Positions 1 to 12,424 are shown, numbered from the stretch's first letter. The stretch is 20,000 bases of DNA from Gonapodya sp. JEL0774 (GCA_027604505.1 JADIIX010000129.1:45090-65089), one strand, 5' to 3'. Program-made: numbers and translations. The notes: generated by a model not told the origin, from the letters alone.

Positions 1-500
1 GATCAAGGTATCTGGTTGAGTGCGAAGATTCAGATGCGGTGGGGAGGTACGGGAGATCTCGGGAGCTTCTTTTATGAAGAAGCGAATGGGGGGGAGAGAA
101 GATGGATGGGAGGTTGGGGATAGACAGGTCCGACGAGAACGTCTCGGCAGCAGGAGGGAAGGCAAAGTCTGTTTTTTTTTTTTGTCAGATTTAATCCGGA
201 TGGCAGGGAGAAGGAGTACAGTGAGAAGATCTCGTCTTACCAAAGGAGTCAACCCAATTTGGGGAGCCCGGAGAGTTCCCATCGTCCTCTACAGCGAAGC
301 ACCGTTCTGGTGACTGTGGATCGAGGAAGGTTAAGTGAGTGTTCATTGCAAAGAGCTAGCATAGGAAAAAGAGAGCCGGTTGAGAACTTTTATAAGAAGG
401 ATGGCAAAGACTCCGCCGGGAGCAGCTGCAGAGACTCACGACAACGGTGATCCAAGTCGCTTCCAAGAGTCTGGATTCTCTCTCTTCCTCGGCTCTACTG
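1..500 (-). CDS. Possible partial spliced gene of unknown function, running off the left edge
   Basis: GT..AG introns at ~312-439 (GTGAGT...CCACAG) and ~169-240 (GTAAGA...CTGAC-A-run-CAG) join one open frame: ...AEEERESRLLEATWITVV|SPERCFAVEDDGNSPGSPNWVDSF|DFAFPPAAETFSSDLSIP... to the window edge. The start was not identified and no family was recognised. Confidence 0.35.
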
Positions 501-917
501 TCTCTCGGTACGATTGGAGAGCTCCAGAAGCGAGAGTTTCAGAAGCGTTCACGAACTCGGTGTTTTGCTGTACTTTGGACTTTATCTGTTTTGCCTGTGA
601 TCGAGGGCCAATTTCGAGGCGCCACAGAGTGGCTGCACGAGAACAACACAGAAAAGGCAGAGAAGATTGACGAACATGAATGCCCATTCCAGATATTTTT
701 CCCGTTCGAACTAGTTCTCCCTTCCCATTTGTTATGAATAAATACTCCACTGACAACGGTTTCATTTTGCTTGTTCGTTCCCATAGATCTTCTATCACTC
801 ATTTGCCCAAATATGTTATTTCAAAGTAAGCCCCATGAGCACGATACAACTTCACGGTATTTACTGTAATGTCAACTCATGGTTTCGTCGCCATTTTTGC
901 CCATTATCTGACTGCGC

Positions 918-3900
918 TCACTCTGCTTCGTCACCTAAGGCAGCGCCTCCACTTGTGATGAGGTTGGTAAACTTTTGGGAGACCCCAGATGTCACCGGAA
1001 CCATATGAAGCAAATCGGTCAGGATCTCCATTTGCCGCTCAGCGCTCAAAACCACTCGACGAAAGCTTGTCACATAAATGATTGGGGAGAGTATCATCGT
1101 GATGACGAAGAGAGCTACCAAGGTGGACTGGGCGGCAGCATTATCGCGCGGCAGCATTTTCTCAAAGACAACACTGTCAACCATTTTCAACCCTCCCAAG
1201 ATGTCGGGAAGAAGATCCATCATAAGCACTAAGCGATCATCCACAAGATTGCCAGTTGCTTTCATTTGATTGATTGTCAAAAACTCACGTGCCTTCAAGA
1301 ACATCACTGTTGGAGATTCTTATTCTGCGGATGTCAAACACAAGGCTTACCACGGAAATGAAATTAAGTATTTGTCCATCCGGCTCCCTAGTGATGGCAT
1401 GTTCGGTGAATCCAATCGATGCATTGAAATGCCTGACGGAGTCATCGCAGGAATCGGAGAAACACATTTCCGTTTGCATTAACTCGTTAATCGCGCTGAT
1501 CTGGGTGGTGGGGGTAATCTCTACAGGACCGTGTCCTGTTACTGCGTTCCGGTGCAAAATCTCGAGCTGCGTCAGCCTTAAAATATTCAAGTTTTAGCAC
1601 AACGGCAAGTTGCATTTAAGTTTTGCATCTGTTCCATATCTTGGGTACCCACTTTTCATCCATCATCATTTCTGGATGTCCCCAAACCCACGTGGTGTTA
1701 TCCCAAAGGACAACTTCGTATGCCAGAGCCGTAGCTAAATTGACGTAATACTTTCTACCGCCAGCTGTTGCGACAAGTGATTCGCGTGAACCCTTTATTA
1801 TTATTATTTTTTTGTTGATGCGGTGTCGGTTGTACTCACTATAGTTCAAAATCTTCATCCAATTCAAAGAGAAGTGAGTCAATATCAATAACGATGACGA
1901 ATGTGCTACTTACCTGCACAAGATTAGAATTGACCGGAAGGCGTATTAATGCTGGCAGAACTACGCTTACGCAGCAGAACCCCAAGAACAAAATGGACGC
2001 GCTCAAGCTGCTATACAATTTCCAAGCGGCTAGCGTACGGTTTGTGCCCTCCTTATATACAGATATTGAGATTGGTTGTCGCCGATCACCTGTGCAGTCA
2101 GTCAACCATACTTACAAGTTTCGTTTTCGCTTGTTGTTTCCCGTCATTTGCCTCCTCGATCACCAGAACTTCCAGTTGCTCATCAATCTGCAACAGCAAT
2201 TCGTCGATTGTCTTCTTGCTAACTTCTTCCAGGAATCGGAGATAGCGAAGCTGAACCATCCGTGTTTTTGTAAACAGAGGAAGAAGGACCCCAAACCCGA
2301 TCAAACCGAGAAGGGCTAGTTCTGCAACAAGAAAACCCTGCGCGCGTCACATTGTATTAGTTGCGACCTAGAGAGAGAGAGACAGGTGTTTTGTTTACTC
2401 ACAACTAACACCATCACCTGCGTTTCCGCCATGTCACAAAATTCTTGTTGTCCAATATCGGCCACCGCTTCCAAAACAGTTACAGCACCGTTTGAAGTCG
2501 GGTCAACATTACTCATGCACTTGCTGCAACTCACCTTTCATGGCGTCACCGAACGTCACCATGTTATCGACATAGAAGCGGACTCGCCGGTCGCTGTACA
2601 GGGGGACTTGTTGGAAATGAGTGATATCTGCAAAGTGATCGAGTAACACATGGGAAGAGTGAGATGTCGTTTTTGTTGGACGTGTGTCATAGTGACATCT
2701 GCTTTCCCACCTTCCTCCAACAGGCTATTCGTGGTTTCGTCTACTGCGTACGCTATTTGATACTGGTTCATGGTTTGAATGTACGGAGGAAGTCCCAGAT
2801 TAAGATTACTGTTGTATCGGAGTACGTGGGAGATTCCAGTTGTTAGGCTGCTCCGGGCGCTGAGATAGGGAAGAGCCTGATCGGCAAATTCTTCGTTATG
2901 TGCCACAAACTCGGACCTGTGTTGTAGTGTATTTGTCAGATTGGAGATGTAGTTAATCTCCAAAAGGGGTCTCACTAACTTCCAATATTGATACTTCTCA
3001 TCGTCCCCAATGTGCCCAAAGTATGACATGAGTCGCACTGACAGAGGGGGAGTCCACTTAAAAAGTTAGCAAAAGATGTTATAACCAGTTAACTCATGCT
3101 CACCAGCCTGGGCTGTGGCGACTGTTTCAAAGCATGGCTGTCAGCGAGGGTTCAAGGAAGATTTCACTCGCAGACACACACCAACAGAGCGACCCATATC
3201 AGTTGTAAGAAGAAAATTATCAATTTGACCGTTGACTTTCACAACCATTATTTCAGTTCACTTGACGAGCGGAACTAGTGAACGCACCAACCAACTCACG
3301 CGAAACAAATATCGAATAAGAATACCAAAAGGAAAGAGAAACCAGAACCAGAATCATAGCCAGCGCAAGGGTGAGACGACGATTGTAAGTTTGTGGTGCT
3401 CTTGTCACCCGCTTTTGGAACTCGGTACGCATGGCTCGTGCACGACGATTCTCCCGCCCCTCACTGAGCTGACTCGATCCTCCGTGGGAGCTAGACCGAG
3501 ATTTTCTTCGCAAAAGACTACGAATATTCCCATGATCCCTTGCTGCATCAGCTTGTATGGTCACTCGCAGAGGATCACCCCCCGAGGTGCTTTCAGGTTC
3601 AATTGTCGTTGGTGGCGGCTCAAACCCAGAGATGTCTCGTTGTTGATCAGGTGCGTCAAGTGCTGCACCAGAGAGAAGTTCAGAGATGACGGATATCTGG
3701 TGTGCTACCTCAGGAACAGCGGGAGTCGAGTCCCCATCATTTCTTGAGCTTGTTCTCGCATTGGCGGGAGTCGTGGGAAACTTAGCATCTTGGTTTGGGA
3801 AGAAGCATTCCGAAAAAGTATCAGAGGAGGAAGTATTCATTGAATCGTTCCCTTCAAGTTCTATGGAAAGAGTAAGTTCATAATCACATTAACGGCGATG

Positions 3901-6900
3901 TAACGATCAACAACGGCAGAAACCTTCAGCAAGATTTGTCAGTCGACGGCATTCCTCATTGTCAGAGAGAACCAGAGCATTAAACTGAGCGTACAGTCGA
4001 ATGATTGACTAACAAGAATGGCGAACCTATAAGAGGTGAAGTACCAAACTTGCATTACAACTTATCTAACCTTGCTGTTTGGATACCTCGTCAACAATTG
4101 CTTGTAAATTCCATCGGCTTTCATCACCGAATCGGCAATTGAAGGCAAAAATGTTGGGTACTGCAAGTATTCTCTTTTGGAGTTTGCCCGGCGCACGAAT
4201 GACCAGAATAATTTCAATTCTGTAAGACTGTACAGATTGGGTTCGAGTAATTTAAGTCTTGACAGAGAATAAAAAGAAATACTCCCGCACCTGGAAATGT
4301 GATGCCGGATCACTTCCTAAAATGATAGAATCTTGTCGATGAACCTTTACGGATCCAAAAACCAATAAACTGCCTACCTGCTCTCTGCTCAATATTTCCA
4401 CGTATGATGAAACGTTTAAATCGCTTGCCATTACTTCCTTAGACTGTGGTACCCCAACAAAAACATTGATGGTTTGCCCAGGACCTGTCTAAGCGGAACT
4501 CACCTTAATCGATTGCTCTATTTGCTTCTCACAGACAAAGGTCATGAATCGAATATCGAAAGCAACAGGCATCGTTGTTAGTTTGTGAAGAATCTCCTCG
4601 GCTTTCTCGAAGTTGGTTTCATTGGGGTGAAGGAGCATGGTCGTTTCACTTCCATACGCCAGGAGGTACAACGCTGCCTTGAGTGTGGGATGCAGATTCA
4701 ATGTAGTTGGTGTGCGCACGCGTCAACGATACATTACTGGATCTCACTTGAATATGAACGAAGCCATCCTTTGGATACTGTCAAAATGTAAGTGATTATC
4801 ACGTTAGAGCATCAATATGAGCACGCACAAACAACCTCTTACCTGAATGAACGCCGCTGGATCGGAGACCAAAACGAACACAAGTGAAAGATTCTACTTC
4901 AGATTTGGGAATAATTACACATCACAATTTTCCAACCTTCGTACAACTCGCGCATGAGAACAAGCGCATTTGGATCAGCTGCAGTTCTGATGAAACGACA
5001 CGCAAGCTGGAGCAACAACAACTGTAAAACAGGAGTCCGTCGATTCATGCGACAAAGAAAGAAGGCGCACCTCGACTTCGTGCGCTGAATCAAAGACTGG
5101 GGGCTAGAACCACAAAAGCCTGTAAGAAACAGACTAGTTTTGCTTATTGGCTATGTCCCACCTCCTCTGTGCGTCTTTCCGATGTCAGATGGATGATTCT
5201 ATGGATCCGTTTGAAGGTTTCATGAGCTGTTCTTCAAATCGAGGCGAGCTCCTTTCACTCACTTATCGGCGATGCTGTCCAAGAGACTGATTTCGGTGCC
5301 AGGTACAAAACTCATTCTGCGAGCATTTTCATTGCGATGAACCCCTGCGAAGCTCGCGACGCCCGTCTGTGCTCGCATTTCTTTGACTTGATTTTGAAAC
5401 CGAGTGTAGATGCGAAGCGTGGTCCGTTGCTTTATTGCCTTGCTGAGAAATGCACCCATAGCAAAGCCAGGAATGAGAAGCACCATCAGAAGAACGAACG
5501 GGACAATGCTCTCGGAATCACGTGAGCCCAGCACATCTGCGAGAAGAGCAACAATCGCCTTGGGACAAGTGGTCAGGTTCGCCAATTCTCAGGAACTCCA
5601 GAATCAAGCTTACCGAAATTAATGCTGATGTGAATATTCCGCTTCTAATCGCCTGCAAAAGTTCATCGTGGAAAGGTTGTTTGCGGAAGTTTTCGACCAC
5701 CAGTATCTGGGCACTCAGCAGGTCAGCTTTTGATAAGACATTTGCAAAATCTGCACTTTACCGTCACACATAAAACAAAGATCAAGAGTTTTGCCACAGA
5801 GCTGTCTGAAAATCGCCTAGCAGATGGGTGGAGATTGGTGCAGTTGGGGAGAATTGATTTTGAGGGAGGAGGCATTAGTTCAGCATTACGCACCACAGAA
5901 ACACCAGTAACATCTTTGTCGCGAGGTAAAACAGGTCGTTTCTGCCGTGTGCTTTTGAAAGAGGGTTCTTCGTTGAGTTTGGTTGTCCTGAGAAAATATC
6001 AGTAAAGACAGGATGAAGACCATCAGCTGTGGGTCACACAATTCTCTCACCATCGACGTAACAAAGAGCCATTATCAAAGTGTAAGGAACAAACAAAGTG
6101 AGTCCAATCACTGTGGCTTTCGTTGAGTACTATGGGTCAAGACGAACTGAGACAAAAGACTTACATGAGAGTGCAAATGACACCGGGTGGGTACCTATAA
6201 AACAAGGAACATAGGGATAATCCCGAACAAATCCAGATGTACATTCAAGTGGCGTCACGAGGATCTCAATCACAGCTAAAGGATCGCCGTCGACAGCCAC
6301 AGGAAACGGAAGAAAGAAAGGAACATCAGAGAAGGAATGGTTCTCAGACTTCACGGATGCAGCTTACGAATATTCAGTATGCCAACTAAAGAGAATATGG
6401 CGAGGTGTTAGAACTTCTTCTTCGGAAGCGAAAGAGTGAACTCGCCTGATAGAACAGTGCTCGTGCGCAGAACTTTTAAGGGCCAGATACTTTTAAATCT
6501 TCCACTACTGAATCCATATGCGCAAAAAATTATATTCGCAATCAAGGTGATGACGACGAGGAGGGCCACCAGATGCAGGAGTAGAAAATAGACATAGGAA
6601 TCGGGACGGATAGCTAGGGGGTTCCAGACAAAATGCAACCATTCAGGCATCATCGGGAAGCTGTATCCAGGGTTCCAGCAAAAGAAGAGAAGTTGCATAT
6701 CCTCGAACACAAGCAGGGGATAGGCAAGAATCCGAGGAACCTCATTGCCTGCGCAGGTCGGATTTAGTCATCAACAACCACAACCGCGTATTATTTCGCA
6801 AATAATCTGAGGTCACCTTGAATCATACTGTGAAGAACAGAGAAGAAAATGTACTCAATTCGCGAACGCTTCTGCATCGCCTATGAATCTTTCACTTGTC

Positions 6901-7149
6901 AATGTCGATAGTTCAAACCGAATTGTGTTCAAATGATCTTACTCGCGGTTGCCTTCTCTTCAAAGCGATGGCCTCCGCTTTTACGCTAGGACGCCGTGCT
7001 GACATTTCCCAACGAACAAATGACGGTGATCGGACGGGGCTTGGTCCTCCATCGTCGCTGATACTGGGTGTCTGCAGTTCGCCCAAATCTCGTGTATTTA
7101 GGATTGTCGGGGGTTGACGTAGTGCTCCGGCTGTCTTCCTCATCGCCAT
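918..7149 (-). CDS. TmcB/TmcC (tiny macrocysts)-like multi-pass membrane protein, ~1375 aa, ~32 exons
   Basis: Hand-assembled exons: 6943-7149, 6817-6880, 6446-6748, 6368-6385, 6165-6275, 6051-6110, 5894-5987, 5762-5816, 5614-5706, 5263-5558, 5162-5198, 5071-5103, 4937-5006, 4843-4856, 4748-4777, 4504-4677, 4378-4437 (or -4443), 4291-4316, 4071-4227, 3924-4008, 3262-3860, 3104-3137, 2980-3037, 2711-2916, 2535-2627, 2403-2467, 2116-2337, 1914-2051, 1840-1852, 1653-1764, 1351-1576, 918-1292. They total 4128 nt in one frame ending in TGA. Motifs recalled from TmcB-like proteins: EDMQLL, WPLKVLR, IPVIEILV..LEC, NPLSKAHGRNDLFY..K, VFDSAHEVELACRF, FDIRF, the TPR-like ADGIYKQLLTRYPNSKSIIRLYAQF, and a terminal TM helix followed by LL.MVP. 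The start codon is uncertain (7149 or 7143). Confidence 0.8.
6386..6445 (-). other. Non-canonical GC-AG intron (60 nt) in the TmcB-like gene
   Basis: CAG|GCGAGT donor, TTCTAAC branch point, TTTAG acceptor. The two nearby GT alternatives put the next exons out of frame and reach stops. Confidence 0.75.
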
Positions 7150-7743
7150 CGGGCTCTGATAGCTTGATACGTGACTTGCAGTGGCAGTTATTTACGGGTT
7201 TATGGACCAAGGGTCAAGGAGAGGGGAGATCACGAGATGAACTTTCTACATAATACCCCAGGTATATACTCACTCTTCAGACGATGAGATCTCACTTGAT
7301 GGGACTTCCAGGTGTGAGCCAGGCATCGTGATGCACTTCAGTGCTTCACTACTTTGTGCCTTGACGTGCGAAAACCTCAGGCAGGTACTTCTGGAACCCA
7401 ATATCGAGAAACATTCTATGTATCAGACTTTTCTTTTGTTAACGTCGGATTGCTGGCTGCCGACTCATGAAGTACCGGTCTTCTCAACCGTGTTGCTGGC
7501 TGGATTGCTTACGGTCCTGTCCCAGACTCGCAACTATCGACCTCACGTATGCACACAACATGAACAGGACTTGTTGGAGTAAAGAGAACCACGATTTGAT
7601 GATACATGGATTTGCAGCCAAATTTCATGAGCCAACCTCTGGAATCACAACAGTAATCAACTACCTGACGTGTACATTGTAAACGAAGATCTGCCGAAAC
7701 GCTCAAATGCAAAGGAACGCTGGCGTATGAGACAAAAAACCCT

Positions 7744-10700
7744 TTAAAGTGCAACGCCCCTTTGGGTACCGGTCTTAACGACATTCTTTGCTTCCACAAA
7801 GGTGCGAGAGGCCGCACTTTGCGAAGCTCCAACATTTGCGAGCAACGCCTCCTGCTCGGGAGACAAATACGAGATGTCGTCCCATGGGTGGCGGTAGAGG
7901 CCTTTTTAAAGATGCGAAACCGTCGCCTTCAAAACAGAGCTATCTTCATTCTACCGAGTTCCCCTCACCTTGTTTCAACCGTTTTTGATCCAAGTAGTGT
8001 CCAATGAACCCAATACTTCGTCCAAGCACGAAAAGACCATTGAGAGTTCCAATCTTTTCAAGGTATTTGAGAAAACCAAACAAGAGAGCAGTTAGAGACT
8101 CGTGCACTGATTGAGACGTTCAACAGATTTCAGCACGAACCTTCATATACTCGTCAGCTTCCTCGGGCGAGAAGGCACCACAGCCTCTTAGCAGATCTAC
8201 AAAGGCGACACCGACAGCACCGTCCACATTCAAGATCAAATTATCCTTCTTGCTCGTGGTGATCTTTTCAACTTCGAGGGCGTAGGCAAGGAGGTTGTAG
8301 TTCGGGAAGTTCTTCTTAACAAAGTCCTTTACGATAGACACTCGCAAGTCCGGATTGGTCCTTGACTTGATTCGATGGCCAATACCAGGGATAAGCTTGT
8401 GCTCCTTTCGCATGTTCTCAACAAAATCAGCGGGAGTCCAATTTGAGTCATAGGCAATAGCGAATTCTCGCGCGGCGTCATCTAGTGCGCCACCAAATCT
8501 TGGTCCGATTGTGAGAAGACCAGCTACCAGCGAAGAGATGAGATCCTTGCCAGCACGCGCGGTGACAATGGTGTTGAGAGCGCCCGAAACTAGAGATGAT
8601 AAATGAAGAGGGTGAGGTAACCAGTTTTAAGCCAGGGATTCTAGCTACAAACCAGCAGGGCCGTGATCGGCGGTGAGCATTAGCACCATCTCAATGAAAG
8701 TGCATGCGTAGTCTGGCAGCCGCCGTTTGAACCAAAGCAAACTCAGAACACCACCGATTCCAAGATCGTCCTTGAACACGTCGGAAATGGGCATGCCCGC
8801 GTAGAGAAGCTCCTGACCACGGTCATCTGTAATGGTAGAGATAAAGCTGGTTGGTTTGCGAACCAGGCCAAGCTCTTGCGCCCACGAATAATCGATCGGT
8901 ATCTTGGGAGGATCTGGCTCGGCTTTGGGAACGATTGTGCCACTCTGTACGAGCTTGCGGTAAAGATCCGAGAGAACCTTGGGCAAATCCTCGAACGAAT
9001 CAGGAACGTAAGCGCCGCCAGCTTTCAACGCGGCATTCTTAGCGACCGCAGTTTCGAGGTCAGAGTTGGCAAAGGAACCTGCATGACCGAATTGAACCTA
9101 AAACAAGAGCATGATAAGATGGCCACTTTTGCTGACGGAAAATCCTTTGGTCACATCGTTTTTCCTTCTTACCTCGGTCTTGAACATGCTTCCACACGTA
9201 CCAATACACCACGCAACGAGGGGCTTAGTGATCTTCTTCTCCTTGATAGCCTTGATCACCTCGTACTCTTCAACACCACCGACTTCTCCCAGAAGCATGA
9301 GAATCTGGACACTGGGGTCCCGCTCATATCGAAGTAAGTGGTCGATAAACGTGCTACCAGGGTAACGGTCTCCTCCGATGGCAACGCCCTCTGCCACGCC
9401 GTTGGTCGTGCGCGAAATAATGTTGTTGAGTTCATTTGACATACCGCCAGATTTAGACACATATGCGACCGAGCCGGGACGGTAGAGAAGGGATGAAACA
9501 ATGTTGTCCATCATTCCTCCAGTGTTACCGATCTTGAAGCACCCAGGTTTGATTCCACCTAATGGTCGAGGAGTCGTTATAGATCATGCGAAAAATCATG
9601 GGTATCACAACTTTTTATCCCCTGTCACGAAACACCATGAACTCACCAACTGTGGCTGGGCCAATGATAAGGACGCCTTTCTTCTTCGCTTCCCAAAGCA
9701 ATTGGCGCGCTCTCTTCTCAGGCACACCCTCAGCAATGATGGCAATCGTCTTGATCTGGGACACTTTCATGATGTCGCGTGTGGATTCGTAGACGGAGCG
9801 GAAAGAGGCAAAGTTGATTACGACATCTACTTCGGGGTAGCGGCTGATAGCCTCCTCGAGTGAGGTGAAGACAGGAAGAAGAGTCTCCTTAGTTCCCCAG
9901 TAGAATTTTTGGACGTGCGATCCACCGAACGGATACACCATTGCAGCAACCGAGGGCCTCTCCCTACGAGCATATATCGAGTTAGTTATGATTCTCAGTC
10001 AAACTAAAGTCAAGCTCATTTTGCACACCGTTTGCACATGTAGTCGAAGTCAAGCATTCCTTGCACGGCTTTAGGCTGCATTCCGTAAACAAACGACATG
10101 CTTTGGTTGGTGAAGGTAGGCTTTTCCGTCTTAGCTGGTTCGGCCTTCTTGAGCGGCGTCATTCCAACAGGGAACTTGACGATCGGGTCATCGCCGGGCA
10201 AGCCGGGGGTGGGCTGACGGGGTACCGGGGGAACTTCTTGGCCAAGAGCATCGATCGAACGAGCTCGGCTCCCGTTGGCGAGGTCAATCTCCTCGAAAAG
10301 ACCCATTTCCCGAGCCTTCTTTTCGCCAAGGAGAGCAAGCGGAACGATACCAGACACGTGCATCTCCGGACCGTACACCTGGACAGGGACGCCCAAGTTG
10401 TCGCCGCAGTTCCTCATCATCCGCAGACCCTCTTGGAAGTTGGGCCCGGCACGTCGCACGAAGATTTTGATGCCGTGATCTTGAAGCTTTCCTTTGTAGT
10501 CGTTGAGTGCACGGATGATACCCTTGAAAGTCGAGGCGACGTTTGTGAAGTTGGCAATACCACCACCGATGAGGAGAATCTGCAATATGGTTGTTCAATT
10601 ATGGTTAGCGTATGGACAAGACCCGTTGATGGCCATGATGTCTCACCTTGCCCTCCGGGTGAGGCTTTCCTCTTGTCATGAGGTCGAGGATGGTCTTTGC

Positions 10701-12424
10701 GTACTCGTAAGTTTGAGCTTCCGATGGAGCCCTTTGAAGCAGACGAAAGGAAGGGTGTTCACAAAATGTTCCGACAAACCATCAGTGCTCATTGACTCAC
10801 CCAGAGTACTCTCCGTAGTTGGCCAACTCATCTGCAAACCCGGCGTTGGCAATGGCGTCGGAGTACACGACACTGGCTCCTCCACCGGCAACCATTGTCC
10901 ACACTCGGCCCCTCGCGTTCAAAACCGTAAGTTTCAAACTAGCGCCAGTCTTGGCGTCCAAGTCGGCAATGTACTGTTCCTCCTTGGTCAACTCGCGACC
11001 GAACGGCGCTGGGAATCCGAGCTTGGGGCCACCCAAGAGAGCGGGACCAGCTGATGATTTCGGGTAGAGCGCGGCAAGGGCCGCCGACCATCGTTTTCCA
11101 GCTTCAAAATCGGCGGTTTGGTCGATCTTGGCGGCAAGGTCGAGGAAGGAGATATCCGCGGTGCCGTTAGAGGAAAGGGAGACGACGAGAGGGTTGATTT
11201 CAAGATAAGTGAATTGAAGGTCCGAGTAGACGGCGAACAGGCGGGTGAGGAAATCAACGAGTGCGGTGTGTTTGGCAGGGGCAACCTCTGAATATTGGAA
11301 ACGACAAGTGAGGATAAATTTTGAGTAAAATCAAAGTCAACAATTATAAGCGAACCTTTCAAAAGAATAGATTTGATGGTCTCGACAGAGGCGAATTCTT
11401 GGTCGACTTTGATGAGAAGCCTCTGCGCTTTGGCGTCCACATCACCGACATCCACACCACCCTCGTGTGTAAACAGGATCTCATCTCCATCACGAACACT
11501 CTGGATACAGACATAGTACTCGTCGGTTCCGGCGTGCGGGACGAAAGGCTCAACGATGAAAGTGTGGAGGCCGCCGGAAACTTGTCCGATCTTGAGATTC
11601 GGAGAGATGAGACACACCAATCCTGATTGTCGGAGTCCAAATTAGAAATGCAAATGTACATACCGCCACTTTCTTCCCCGCGCGCTCGGCAATCCAGGCA
11701 CGGGCGCCCGCCCAGTCCAGGTTGATGCCCAAGAGGCCGGCTTTGCCACGACGCTTGATCAGTTGATCAGGCTTGGCAACCCATTTTCGGCCAGCCTAGA
11801 TGAGAAACGCAGGATTGATGAGTAAAATTCATGAGTCAAGTCATCTCGGAATCGTTGTTTTGATGATGGCCAGCGTGACACTCGTACCAGGTGAAACATG
11901 GGATCTCCAAGGTGATGTCTGGCAAGACCGAAAACTGGTACTCACCACCCCATTGGGTGGCAATTTTGGCAACCCCACCTTGGCTGGACTACCCTATTGG
12001 ACAATTGATTCCGATGGTACTCACCTCCGTAAGGAAAGGGAAATCTCGCTCAGTCTGTTGAAGAACTCCCTCCACATGTCTTGCAAATCGCTCTTCCTGC
12101 TCCTGACTCGGCGCAACACCGGGCTCTACACCAAGGATGGAAATGTCGAACTCGAGGCGAGCCAAGCGGGCTGGTGAGAGATAGGGGAGGGAAGCGGTTC
12201 CGGCGTCTGTGCCGTTGGTTCCGGTGGTGCCATTAGCTGACGACTTGGGAAGAGGGTTATCGGCGGGAGAAGCGAGTCGGGGTAGCCAGTGCGAGAGAAG
12301 AATCTGAAAGTGAAGATTGCATACGATAACGCACAAACGGTCAATTCAAGTGGAGAAAACGCAATCGCGAGAAATTCTATAAATCAACCTTTCCATCGTA
12401 TTCGTGGATCGCTTTAGCGCTCAT
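7744..12424 (-). CDS. ACLY: ATP-citrate lyase, single-chain (fused beta+alpha) form, ~1214 aa, 13 exons
   Basis: Exons: 12389-12424, 12025-12303, 11664-11795, 11356-11590, 10801-11287, 10647-10731, 10029-10579, 9647-9963, 9173-9558, 8653-9097, 8141-8589, 7969-8053, 7744-7901 (3645 nt, in frame). Hallmarks: [88 protein letters not shown], catalytic phospho-His motif [31 protein letters not shown] and [11 protein letters not shown]. Confidence 0.97.

Noticed and set aside
1914..1970. Apparent intron GTAAGC...TGCAG immediately followed by GTAAGT (recursive splice site or zero-length exon)
   Set aside because: The segment reads as plausible coding sequence (VSVVLPALIRLPVNSNLVQ) continuing a TM helix, and a single GTAAGT intron at 1853-1913 explains the frame.
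8560..8600. ACLY GPAVSGALNT instead of animal GAHNT as a sign of inactivation
   Set aside because: As I recall, this position varies in fungal enzymes (e.g. Met), and the catalytic QFGHAG, GIGHR and NVDG motifs are intact.
10061..11054. Long plus-strand ORFs (206 aa, 183 aa), and similar ones at 8876-9337 and 9501-9863
   Set aside because: Antisense shadows of the codon-biased ACLY exons; they cross intron boundaries and show no protein motifs.
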